Source of the DNA: Tubiluchus corallicola
Taxonomy: Eukaryota > Animalia > Priapulida
Assembly (NCBI GenBank): GCA_030141605.1
Contig: JAQGDQ010000003.1
Span: forward strand, 682,001 to 746,000
Direction: 5' to 3'
DNA: 64,000 nucleotides
Positions 36,401 through 44,567 of this stretch are shown one piece after another. The translations under genes and the position numbers were made by a program. The notes under the pieces are model-generated. The model was not told where the DNA came from. It ran no database searches and saw nothing but the letters and a program-made list of their open reading frames with translations. Position 1 is the first letter of the stretch. Each line of letters opens with the position of its first letter.

Positions 36401-39400
36401 ATTTAAATTTTAAATGTACTGCTGTGCTCATGTATGATATCTCACACGTGTGCACTGAATCATATCTGAACTGAGCGGTACAGTGCCTGCTTATTGTGCA
36501 ACACGTTTCCAAGATGCAGACGCTAGTATCCATCTAACTAGTGAATAAGGAAATGGATGTAACAACGAAGAACTTGCCGCGCTAATGCGAAATTAATTTT
36601 CTGAGGTAACAATTCTTTTATGTAAGTCATTCATGAAAAAAACAAAAAAAAACAATTTTATACATTAGATATTTTGAGCAAAGTTTTAGATTGGGTCCTG
36701 TTTTCCTTTTAACATGTAATGTTTTATTCCCATATGTTTAATTCCTTTTTTTAAAAATGAATAAAACTGCTTTTTTAATTTATTACATTATCACCTGAGA
36801 TTACTGACTGTAGTCACATGATTAATTTATATTTATGGTTAGGTTAACGTTCTAAAGCAGCAAATAAGTGAGAGTGAAGTGACTATAGCAAATTTGAAAA
36901 GCAAGTCGCAGCTTCAACTTGAGAAAATAGACCATTTGGAAAAGCAGTTGTCGGTGAAGGAGAAAGCCGTTGCATCAAGTCACACTCCTATGACTAGGAG
37001 TCGAAAAACTCGCCATGCCTTGCAAGTTGTGGAAGATGTAGGTGATGTGGACTCTAAAAAAGAGGTTTGTGCTATATTGTGCTAAAGATGGTTCTTAACT
37101 TCTTATTTTATTTCTCAGCAATTAGCCAAAATCTGTCTCAGTAAAAGCAAATGTACAATAAACATACTGTTTTGTCAGATCAGGAAGAAATACGATGATC
37201 ATCTCCCAAACAAATTCTAACTTTCAGTTTTGGAAATGTGAGTGGCCCATTCATTGCATATAGAGACAAAGAACTCGAGCTTGAATAATGAACTTGGCTG
37301 TTTTTGTAGTCCGGACTTGTTGTGATGTCAGCCTTCTACTAACATGAACAACTATTGAAATGACTCGTATTAATACACTCGAGAATATGTCACAATAAAT
37401 TTTCACTTTTTTAGGATGCCACACTTAGTCAGCAGTTGATGGAGAAAGGCAAAGTGGTTGAAAATCTGAAAATTGAATCTCAGCATCAAGCTGAGACAAT
37501 AGCTCGTTTAGAAGCAGAGCTGTCAGAAAAAGCTAATGCACTTGCAGCGTCTTGTACACCAGTAACAAGGGGACGGAGAACGAGACATGCTCTGAAACTT
37601 GCAGAAGATGATGATAGTGTTGATGTGTTACGGAAAGAGGTAGCAATACTTTTTAACGTATGACATTTCGTAATTCAATTCAATTCAATTCAAATTTATT
37701 TATTACCTCATACAATTCAATAGGGTGTTTTGCTTAAATATGGTAGTTAGCCATAGAAAATAAACAGAAAGAGGTCGGGTGGTGAAAAACCTTCAGGTCA
37801 CCTGACATCCACCCCTTAGTACTCAATTAATAGTGTTGATGAAATTTAAACAATGATGTTAGTGACATTTGGAGAGGAACATATTGGTTTTTTTTATGAA
37901 AAGATACATTTGGTCATAAAAAATTCAATTGTTTGAGCATTAGTATTATGGTGTAGTATTAAAAATAAATTGTAAGAACTATCCATTGTACGAGCAAAAC
38001 AATGGTAGCAAAGTTGTCAATAAGTAACAAAACATTAAGGAATTCGGCAAAGCAATATATAAAGAAATGTTAAAAAATACTCAGAAATTTTGCACAAGCC
38101 AGTAAAAAAACTCAGCAGAGCAATAAAGCAACGAAACAAAAAAGTAAACTTCATTCTAATGTACAAAGTTAATCTAATGTATTACCCAGGTATGCTTTAA
38201 AGATCTGTATTAGCAGCAAACTACAAAGGTGGATAACATATAATTGAATGCTTAGCAGGGACAATTCTTAAGTACCATAACATACTTTCAAAACAAGGGA
38301 AATAGGCTCCAGGATAAAATGCCAATAATCAGTCCAGGCAAGGTAAGCAGCCAAATTCAGTAATCACTATATACACTATATAGTGAATGAAACCACCCAG
38401 AAAAAGTATTGAACCCTGCAGTCATCCATCCATTTGTTGACCAGCTTTGTTATTGCTTAACTTGGTTATGTTTGACCATCATCATACAAACTTGTTTTGT
38501 GTGGTTTACAAGGAAATGCTATCATTGCTAAATTTTGTTTATTTTTATTTTAGCTGGAGAAGGAAAGAGAAAAGGTTGCTACATTAAGGAAACAAGTCAG
38601 TGCTAGCTTACGCAATGAAAATGACTTGAGAGGGGCAAATTCGCAGTTGCAGAGTCAAGTTATGCAACTTGAGGTCAGTGCTCAGTTAGATTAAAGTGCT
38701 TTAAATTATATAGTTATATATGTATTAATATTAAAATGATTAAAAGTTTCACCTCAGTTTTAATCTTGTTTAATCTATGGCAGTCTTTGTTAATTAGGCC
38801 TAATAACAATAGACATTTGAAATGAGCTGTAAAATGTGAATTTTCTGTAGATAATTCACTAGTTGTGATTAAGATCTTGGCTTAATAAGAAAGATGCATG
38901 TATGCAGTATCCATGCGTAAAATGATTTCTCATAACAGTATATGTTAGAATTTATTGAGTAAATGCAAGTTGCAAATTTACAAGCTTTGTAAGAACAAAT
39001 TACTGTCTGTGGTTTGTTCTAACAAATATACGTGTTGCACTGATGTTTTCAGAGTAAAAAACAGTGTTTGTGATGCCCGTTTCGTGGCCTTTTTTCTATT
39101 AGGTTTGTGTAAACCTTAGGGTTAAAACTTTTCAAAGATTTATTGTCGCTGGGGCATAAGTAACTACTTAGTACTGGCTGGCAGTTATACATGCTTTTTT
39201 AGCATCTCGTTTTTTCAAGTTCTGTAACAAATTTTCACTTTTCCACACAAATATCTTGAGCGAATCAGCATTTGAAAGTTAAGCCTGCATATTTAAGTTG
39301 GCATTGTTTTAAAATGAGATTTTTGGGATAATAACATGTTAAATTAGATTTAAACTATTGGTTTTGTTTAGAGCGTTGATATTATTTTTTGTATTTATAA

Positions 39401-42400
39401 TTGCAGACTGCTAGAAGCTACAAATAATTGCCAAACCATATACTGTTATTTCAGCATCTTATTTTATAGACTTGGTGTAGTACTCAGGTATATTAAGACT
39501 ACGATCAGTGTACATTGAGTACAACTTAAGAGTGATATGTGAAAACATAACACATATGTTTCTATAGAAGTGGAACATGAAAACACTAAGGAACATGTCA
39601 CAATCATGGTCTTACGAAAACTCTGGTCTAAATGTTTTACCACAATACAAACATTCACCTTTCTTTAAGATTAAGATTTAGAAGGAGATGCATCGCAGAA
39701 TCTTCTACTCCCTTCATTGTAACTCCATGACTGTCAGAAATTTGACATCCAATTCGCTCATTTACAATGCAACTTTTGTCGCTGTACTTTGCTTTTTTTT
39801 TTTGCTGTGCATAATTCAGTAACAATTACTGCTTTTTATGAGGCTTACACTTGGTATTATATTTTAGGAGAATGTGAAGGACTATTTTGCTAGCGACAAT
39901 GTTCAGGAAGAGACAGAGCCCCGTTTACAAATAGATGTTACACCTGCTCAGGCAAAAACAAGTGCAACAAAAAGCAGGTCGAGGAGAAAGCAGATGACAG
40001 AAGAGGTTTTTTAATTAATTTAAAAAATTTTTGAGCCCAAATCTTCCAAGTATCAGTAAAACTGTTAATTCGTTATCATAGTTAATATAAACATAGCAGT
40101 CAAACTGATCCAGGTTGTGTAATATAGGGTTACTTGTTTATTGAACTCTTTTTGCGCAACTGCCTGCATATGTCATTTAGAATATCATTTATTTTTCAAT
40201 GAAGTTTCCCAAAAATTTAGAATATGGACAAACTCTATTGTGACATCACAATATAAGAATTGGCTAAAAACTTGTTAGATGAACATGGACGGGCAAAAAA
40301 TGCAATTAATTCTGTACACTCTATTTTGAGTTACAACTCACAACTATTGAGATATAAATATAACAACAATCAAAATGTGGATAATGCTAAAATTGCAATT
40401 TCGCAGTTGTCTTTAAGTGCTCTTACAATGTGACCACAATGAGTAGAATCATGTATTATTTGTGAAAGATATTGTGAACTCAATCAAGCATAAATAGTTT
40501 GAATTTTTGAACAGAAATGAACTTAACCTGATACTGATATGTCAAAATGAACTTATGTAATGTATTATTTTTTATAGTACTCTCCTTGACTAATTATTTA
40601 TTGTCCGTTTTTGTTTAAATTATTATAATGTGTAAATATTCGTATTTTTCTATGCTACTAAGAAATTTAATATTGTACAGCAATTCCAAAATAAATAGTA
40701 ATGATAATAATAAGAATGAGAATCAAAATCAATATTAACTTACCAGCCCAAAAATTGCTAGTTTATTAAAATCTATTCTTAACAGTCATTATATCTCTTT
40801 AGAGACGAAAATGAATTGAGCATAAAATTACAGCAACTTGCAGGGAAGCTTTTACTTTTTTTAAAGACTTTTGTCCAGTTGCTTACCACTTTCGACAATA
40901 TAAGGGAAAACAAGAACAATGACAATGTGCTGCTCTAGTAAAAAGAACTCTAAATAGAGCTGCTTATTCTGTCATTTCTGATCTTAACCATCAAGTTTCA
41001 CTCATTTTGAAAGCATTCTAAATGAAAATGTAATTACATGAGCTTACTTGAGTTGCCTTCCAGATTAAGCCAAAGCAGGAGTGCAATGTTTTTTCCTATT
41101 AAAAGCATGTGATTTTGATTATCATCGAATGTTGGTTTTTAATGACGTCAGATTACAATGTTATAAGCTTATAAGCATTCCTACTGTTGTGAAATACCAA
41201 ATCTTGTTAAATGGAAGTTTTGTTAACTTAGCTCTTTTAGTTTACAGTTCACTTAGTGAAATACTTGTTTGTTCAGGGTGAAAATAATGCAGATGAGGTT
41301 TTTGAAGTTTTTGGACAAAAACCTATTCGGTCGTCGAAGAGAACTGCCCTGTCTAAGATCGGGCACATTGTGAACAACAACAGTCCAATTACTAAAGGTA
41401 CATTTAAACTTTATTGGTCCGTATATTATAAACTTTATACCTTGAAGTTGAGTTATTAACTCTGCATTTTAAATCATAGTCACTGTAAAGTTGCCTAGAA
41501 GATTCAGAAATGCCTCACTTCGAACCAGTTTCTTTATTTGCCATTGAAATTTCCTCTTCCATCGAATTTTTATTGCAATAAATTTGCATTATTTCTTATT
41601 GTCATAATATTAGCTTTATAGTCAGATGTTCATCAAATTTAAATTAGCTTTTTTGTTTGAACTTGCACATGCATGTTTGAATGCAAAATGAAATCAGTTT
41701 TTGAGTAAGTGCTCCCTGCTTGTTTTTGCAAGGATCTAATAGCTACTCGTGTTTGTTTCATTTCTACATAAAGCTAATATAAATATTGGGTTTAGATGAA
41801 GTAAAAACATTGTCCTGCTGCTGTTGCAGAAACAAAACACACGACCAGTGTTTTATAAATAGCTTAGCGGAAGCATTAGTATGCTTAAAGTATTGTAATT
41901 AGAATGCATTTAACAAGCCTGTTATTTTCTTAGTGATAATCCGAATCACAGATTTAGTTTTTTCTTTCTATTTAAAAAGATCTGTTATTTGCATTAGCTT
42001 TCCTGTTATATTTCAAATGAGTAATGATTACAGTATTTAACTTAATTCTGTAAATTTTAATAACATTGTTTGGTTGTGAATAAAGTAATTATGGTTTGTC
42101 ATAACTTGAAAAACTCATAGAATATGCAATTTGCAAAATAATTCTTGACTTTTTCGGGCAAATCATTCATTTGATTTGCATGTTCGTTCCCAAGAACGTT
42201 CGAATCTTAACTAACTTTATAAACTAGCCTAGAACCTGTCTGTCAAATACATATGTTTAACATGCTGAGTGCATAACATAATCAATACAGACTATTAACA
42301 GTCAAGTGTACTTTCCAAGCATCTGTCTCTCACACGATAAATCAAAATCCAAAAAAACTTGCGGGGAAAATTTGCAAAACCCTCATGTTCAACCCAGCGA

Positions 42401-44567
42401 ATCGCCTATTAATGCTGAACTAACAAGTCGATGTAAATTCAATCAATAGCAATTATTTCTACTGTGTACATTTTTGACTCAATATTTCTAACAGGATGTC
42501 ATTGATCGTTGACGTTCACTGCACATAAAAATTAATGAGGCCATCCTGGTAAGCCCTTGAGAAAAATACACAACGTTAATGTGACATTTTCTCGGCAGTT
42601 CGCAGGAAAAGTTTATCGAGGAAGATACTGCAGTGTATAAATGATGCATTAACGATTTGCCAAATGAAAGTAGAGCATATTAAAAGTTTTATAATGTCAA
42701 CAGTTTTGTTTGAGCACCACCTTTTGTGTTGGTGATAAAACTTTGCCAAATAATAAATGATGCAGTGATAAGGTTAGACATGATTAGAGAATCTTCTAGA
42801 ATGTTCTGAAACTGTCATGCATCTGAATCATAAAATACAAGTAGACTTTTTGGATAAAGGGACTGTCAGGTATTATCTGTCTTACTCAAGTAGGTTTCTA
42901 CAAATTTGAGGTCAAGAAATTATTTAGCAAATGATACGATCACACATAACCATGAGAAAGAGCAGTTAATTTTGAATAAAGAACACTTGTTTTAATATCT
43001 CGTATTGCTGCCATTTGCAGTTCGTAGGGCCATTAATAGACGAGGGCATGATTCATGTTGGTTTCTTAATGGAAATGGAATCAACTTATTTTTTCCGAAC
43101 TTCTTATTTCCTTATTTCGTTAAGATGGTTTCTGACAACAAAAAGTGAAAAGAATTTTAAAACAAATTAAATAGAAAAACGTATTGATTAAATATTTAAA
43201 AAGAAATGTTTATATTTACTTGTGGTAATTTTTAAATGCAATGGGCTATCATTCCCTCACACCGTGTAGTCTGTTTTGTTGAAATTTTGAATTGTATTTC
43301 AGTCTAGATACACTTCTAATATATTCTTAAATTTTGAATAGCAAAGAGACTTATCACTGTAGCTGTTTCTGCTGTGTCACCAGAGAAGGATAAGACACTG
43401 TCTACCGAGTTTATGCAACCCCAAGTGCCCCTTCCTCATTCAGAAAAGAAAAAGAGGAAGCTCTTCAAAACGGATATTTCAGCTCCGCTGGAGATGTCTC
43501 CCATGGTAAGTTGTATTTGCAAGCACGTTTTGTTCATTTTGAATAAATTTGCCGGGAGGAAATGGGTGAAAAGATTATTGTGTGACTGAGGCACATTTAC
43601 AATAGCTACGTCTTTTTTCCATTTAATGCAGCTGAAAAGCTTTAATGTTTCATGCCATGGAGAAATTGCGGGAAGTCTGCTCAGCAAGGACATAATTACT
43701 TCTTTGTGCTCGCAGTGTAAAAACAACTACCTTTCACAAATCTGTCAATAAAAGAGAATTGGACAGATTATGGTAAAAAAAACATGCACATTTGCAAAGG
43801 CTTACTTGATTAAATGTAATAGTATTATTAATTATGAGTATAGACTGTTTCACATGCTGTCTTCCATATGAATCAAATTTGTAGTCATTTTTCTCTTCGT
43901 TAAGGAGATGCTCAGTTATAGTTGCAGTTGTCTGTCTTTATTTTTTCTGCAGACTGGCACTTTGTAAGCTGTGATTTAGCACTCGATTGCAAGACCTACT
44001 TAATATACATGGTTGTGGCAGCACTGGGAGCTAGCTCGTTACCGAAGATAATCCTTCTAAAATAAGACACTGAATCGGCAGTTGCTGGATGCATTGAATG
44101 CACTCCCACGTTGTCTGAGGCAGTATAGCAAATGAAACTGGCTTCCTTTCACACACCTATCTATTTTTTGACCCAGCCTCTGCAATTCTCAACTTTGGTC
44201 AAACATTGCTAAATACTGTAACCACTCAGGTATTTTTCAAAATTCAAATAGATAGATAGTTACGTTGAAAAAAACCTACAGTTACTTTTGCTTTTCTGGA
44301 AATATCCATTAAACAACCAAAATTGCTAGTCATCTCTGCTTTAGATTTACGAAATCATTTGTTTTTCATAATAACACAAGAAGTTGACAAAGTCTGTTGT
44401 TAAATATGCCAAACGATTGATAACCTGTTAACTGATAATAAAATAAGTTTGCACCGCACATGTTTAATTTGCTACAGGTTTTTGCTGCAAATAGTTCTGA
44501 AAGTGCTTCTGCCCAGACAGATCCTCATGAAATAGTACTAAAGAAGTTACGCATGCGGCGAAAGTAA
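9166..44567 (+). CDS. KIF20B: Kinesin-6 family motor, KIF20A/KIF20B (MKLP2/MPP1)-like, long isoform, 31 coding exons, ~2425 aa
   Basis: Hand-spliced exons, all GT-AG and phase-consistent: 9166-9429, 10992-11250, 12049-12236, 13564-13681, 14170-14355, 15076-15187, 16352-16423, 16679-16825, 17351-17516, 17655-17840, 18473-18663, 20769-20886, 21242-21444, 21901-22156, 23478-23579, 23854-24000, 24383-24500, 28449-28626, 29131-31579, 31900-32056, 33434-33559, 34576-34710, 34937-35127, 35851-35979, 36843-37064, 37415-37639, 38554-38673, 39868-40005, 41277-41397, 43342-43505, 44478-44567. Motor motifs: MKVYLRVRP, P-loop GVTNAGKT, GILPRSL, long kinesin-6 loop-6 insert, VSFVEVYNEYVYDLL, switch I NHCSSRSH, switch II DLAGSER, VPYRNSKITR. 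Tail motifs (KWKEERNEIV, LSKIGHIVNNNSP, KLFKTDISAPLEMS, HEIVLKKLRMRRK) resemble vertebrate KIF20B from recall. Probably the single invertebrate co-ortholog of KIF20A/B, so the symbol is approximate. Confidence 0.9.
9701..10041. mobile_element. hAT-like MITE with GACTCC subterminal repeats
   Basis: Imperfect TIR cagtgctgtggagttgg / ccgactccaaagcgcta; multiple (c)gactcc motifs. Confidence 0.55.
10992..11250 (+). CDS. Kinesin-6 exon 2 (P-loop)
   Basis: SVIEIM...FSFSRIFGP...FTYGVTNAGKTYTIQ; ttgcag acceptor, AG|GTAAGT donor. Confidence 0.93.
12049..12236 (+). CDS. Kinesin-6 exon 3
   Basis: GNAKEAGILPRSLEVIFNS...; phase 1 in, phase 0 out. Confidence 0.9.
12880..13218. mobile_element. Degenerate foldback/MITE
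   Basis: acacagcctgcaatcttgaagggtgtgattggagca (~12905) is an imperfect inverted repeat of tgctccttcataccccttaagaatgcaggctgtgt (~13159). Confidence 0.55.
13564..13681 (+). CDS. Kinesin-6 exon 4 (Ser-rich loop-6 insert)
   Basis: AMEVSSLSSSVERASQDS...; needed to keep phase between neighbouring motor exons. Confidence 0.8.
14170..14355 (+). CDS. Kinesin-6 exon 5
   Basis: YSIWVSFVEVYNEYVYDLL...LKLAEDNSGNTYLK. Confidence 0.92.
15076..15187 (+). CDS. Kinesin-6 exon 6 (switch I)
   Basis: GLKEINVMSSDEAYKVLAVGRKNLQMATSSLNHCSSR. Confidence 0.92.
15385..15660. repeat. Degenerate ~62-67-bp tandem repeat, ~4 copies
   Basis: Recurrent tgttgcactgaacacttaatgcacat...gctgtttcaaaatggtaac. Confidence 0.8.
16352..16423 (+). 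CDS. Kinesin-6 exon 7
   Basis: SHCIFSVKILRVVNKNEPHMCRVN; AG|GTAAGT donor. Confidence 0.9.
16679..16825 (+). CDS. Kinesin-6 exon 8 (switch II)
   Basis: LSFCDLAGSER...RLREACNINTSLMTLARCI. Confidence 0.93.
17351..17516 (+). CDS. Kinesin-6 exon 9 (end of motor)
   Basis: VVPYRNSKITRMFQSFFCGKGKACMVVNISP...ETIQTLKFSAIAKQ. Confidence 0.93.
17655..17840 (+). CDS. Kinesin-6 exon 10 (extended neck region)
   Basis: VTVISVREPE...TMEWAGAETIETIVEE; phase 0-0. Confidence 0.85.
18473..18663 (+). CDS. Kinesin-6 exon 11 (first coiled coil)
   Basis: RLQLLIEEL...IESKVRKELCDEFAVQL, matches the conserved KIF20 E..IR.E...EF segment. Confidence 0.88.
19496..20488 (-). mobile_element. Internally deleted pogo/Tigger (Tc1/mariner superfamily) transposon
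   Basis: 25-bp TIR CAGTAGTCGnnGCTTAATAGACTCA with TA on both flanks. Minus-strand relic from ATG 19937: MEHKHKDLTVKEKLKILEEYNKLP...(frameshift)SQSTFGRKLKKR...EVESVLKVWF, a CENP-B-like HTH N-terminus. Confidence 0.9.
20769..20886 (+). CDS. Kinesin-6 exon 12
   Basis: RIELLQKSLKKSRKRAR...; AAG acceptor, phase 2 in, phase 0 out. Confidence 0.78.
21242..21444 (+). CDS. Kinesin-6 exon 13 (coiled coil)
   Basis: EKEHQVSVLQQKLEES...; donor AG|GTACGT. Confidence 0.82.
21901..22156 (+). CDS. Kinesin-6 exon 14 (coiled coil)
   Basis: tttttttag acceptor; SLFDKTN...ENKDDK; AAG|GTACGT donor. Confidence 0.85.
23478..23579 (+). CDS. Kinesin-6 exon 15
   Basis: GGNRPDSS...ELQRQIQDAKSVLLEK; phase 0-0. Confidence 0.8.
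23854..24000 (+). CDS. Kinesin-6 exon 16
   Basis: EAENMELNEMLQEAGETFQEKD...; phase 0-0. Confidence 0.85.
24383..26887 (+). CDS. Composite exon 17: short internal form (to 24500 or 24512) or read-through alternative terminal exon encoding a ~795-aa disordered tail
   Basis: Acceptor ttttag at 24382, in frame with the upstream exon. Phase-1 donor candidates at 24501, 24513 and 26463 all fit the 28449 acceptor. The frame stays open 2.5 kb to TGA 26887. AATAAA at 27302/27306 and 27911. Confidence 0.82.
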   Translation, partial: ETAMNEQQILEEQTSQALQMANNKLKDKDEDIVLLRTRYGVPEGSLVNTGLNYVNEAVDNIPTIIKNRNNVCGSGFDSHVTNEVSSVPKIVISAYDDDDEVFPCQSRHEIVKSVDMQSQLSVNANNHLLLNDTLPFGSYAESADNFGLQTEKEVVVNVSNERKIVKDRCIVALPEASVYCTVDLSIKENLHEDTEENLQKLGSSVTDKPPEIITNSSNDGSSDPNHDINRKEKASEEQDITDSLECNACVLSNNSLDVCDNSIQEQVDEQLEQQDLTNAVECDTNAISRDSLEVEDSHDSIGVSLQKVNTEFGCNGAYREVISCSVKLSRLTDLKNNLNLTSGHGKVSGAEIVATLDTNHDGEETDEISMPAHEDNYDDESGHKHVIGEELKKVNDSAKETPMKIEAGENNVGSDVPVKVSSERIEVDSDNMNKNPNKETAEKSEAEVNERNCDITGGIKSREADMVDRNKYSVEETPTSEKADIDERSKNSSKKSSENVEANVHDTIKGNVRQTSDKVELNVDAEVNDAKIKKMCYVEISPLLKGVDPMQTNKLGTSPESRMSMPSTEFRETLMCRGIKRSRDKSAPIISTKSLLVRYGDENVDEPSPKLQKTSCSRYNQKSSKSTTSLSDKSRVIRKISFDKKRRTRASKISDVKMIKILKQLEYDEGESTTVGTSSSVSKTSDKRLFDNVGKENAIPQVNKNLQVHHLQVEDKALVPSNKLLHTPKSAFRASPQTKIVRENERPPPSPSAGLAVMEETLHLSSSPRKVTFRHTKASRLRISKSPLCGGSKSRLCVSPGQRKNVKICQQKRSLRRKSSLMIKRRYNTRSRAK
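27302..27916 (+). promoter_or_regulatory. Intronic poly(A) signals for the read-through kinesin isoform
   Basis: AATAAA at 27302, 27306 and 27911, downstream of TGA 26887, in a T-rich, TGTA-rich tract. Confidence 0.5.
28449..28626 (+). CDS. Kinesin-6 exon 18 (long isoform resumes)
   Basis: Strong acceptor tttttctcatttcacag; (D)ALVTDD...KLETALS; AG|GTAAGA donor. Confidence 0.85.
29131..31579 (+). CDS. Kinesin-6 exon 19, large 2449-nt coiled-coil stalk exon
   Basis: Lies within the 901-aa ORF; E/K/L/Q-rich heptads; acceptor ttatgcag, donor CTG|GTGAGT. Confidence 0.9.
30948..31468 (+). repeat. In-frame 261-bp (87-aa) tandem duplication within the stalk exon
   Basis: gaacttagtaacctgaagcaaaaacttgcaa at 30950 and 31211; the two units are near-identical. 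Confidence 0.92.
31598..31680. mobile_element. Single Tigger/pogo-like terminal fragment
   Basis: cagtcaaacctctttatacc followed by repeated ggcattata; no matching opposite end seen. Confidence 0.35.
31900..32056 (+). CDS. Kinesin-6 exon 20
   Basis: EEEKISELKQTVRDLEEE...; AG|GTAAGT donor. Confidence 0.85.
32239..32757. mobile_element. PIF/Harbinger-like MITE
   Basis: Imperfect TIR agccaggttttgacggg / cccatgaaatcctagct with TAA on both sides. Confidence 0.5.
33434..33559 (+). CDS. Kinesin-6 exon 21
   Basis: DVAEQAELISQLKM...; phase 1-1. Confidence 0.82.
34465..34568. repeat. Compound trinucleotide microsatellite (GTT/GTC/ATC)
   Basis: Read directly; abuts the acceptor of exon 34576. Confidence 0.85.
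34576..34710 (+). CDS. Kinesin-6 exon 22
   Basis: DMKKLADDYEQKLRK...; phase 1-1. Confidence 0.84.
34937..35127 (+). CDS. Kinesin-6 exon 23
   Basis: ESQKQLETLKLEQ...KDVKMQ; phase 1-0. Confidence 0.85.
35851..35979 (+). CDS. Kinesin-6 exon 24
   Basis: KWKEERNEIVGKLE..., resembles the KIF20B KWREERDQLV segment. Confidence 0.85.
36843..37064 (+). CDS. Kinesin-6 exon 25 (duplicated exon A)
   Basis: VNVLKQQI...SHTPMTRSRKTRHALQ...KKE; phase 0-0. Confidence 0.82.
37415..37639 (+). CDS. Kinesin-6 exon 26 (duplicated exon B)
   Basis: DATLSQQL...SCTPVTRGRRTRHALK...RKE; phase 0-0. Confidence 0.82.
37672..37820 (-). mobile_element. 3' end of an L2/CR1-type LINE or SINE
   Basis: Minus-strand aataaatttgaattgaattgaattgaat tail preceded by a GC-rich stem-loop-like segment. 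Confidence 0.5.
38554..38673 (+). CDS. Kinesin-6 exon 27
   Basis: LEKEREKVATLRKQV...VMQLE; phase 0-0. Confidence 0.82.
39868..40005 (+). CDS. Kinesin-6 exon 28
   Basis: ENVKDYF...PRLQIDVTPAQ...RSRRKQMTEE; phase 0-0. Confidence 0.75.
41277..41397 (+). CDS. Kinesin-6 exon 29
   Basis: GENNADEVF...ALSKIGHIVNNNSPITK; phase 0-1. Confidence 0.8.
43342..43505 (+). CDS. Kinesin-6 exon 30
   Basis: AKRLITV...KKKRKLFKTDISAPLEMSPM; ATG|GTAAGT donor. Confidence 0.85.
44478..44567 (+). CDS. Kinesin-6 terminal exon 31 (long isoform)
   Basis: VFAANSSESASAQTDPHEIVLKKLRMRRK*. Confidence 0.85.
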   Translation, partial: VFAANSSESASAQTDPHEIVLKKLRMRRK

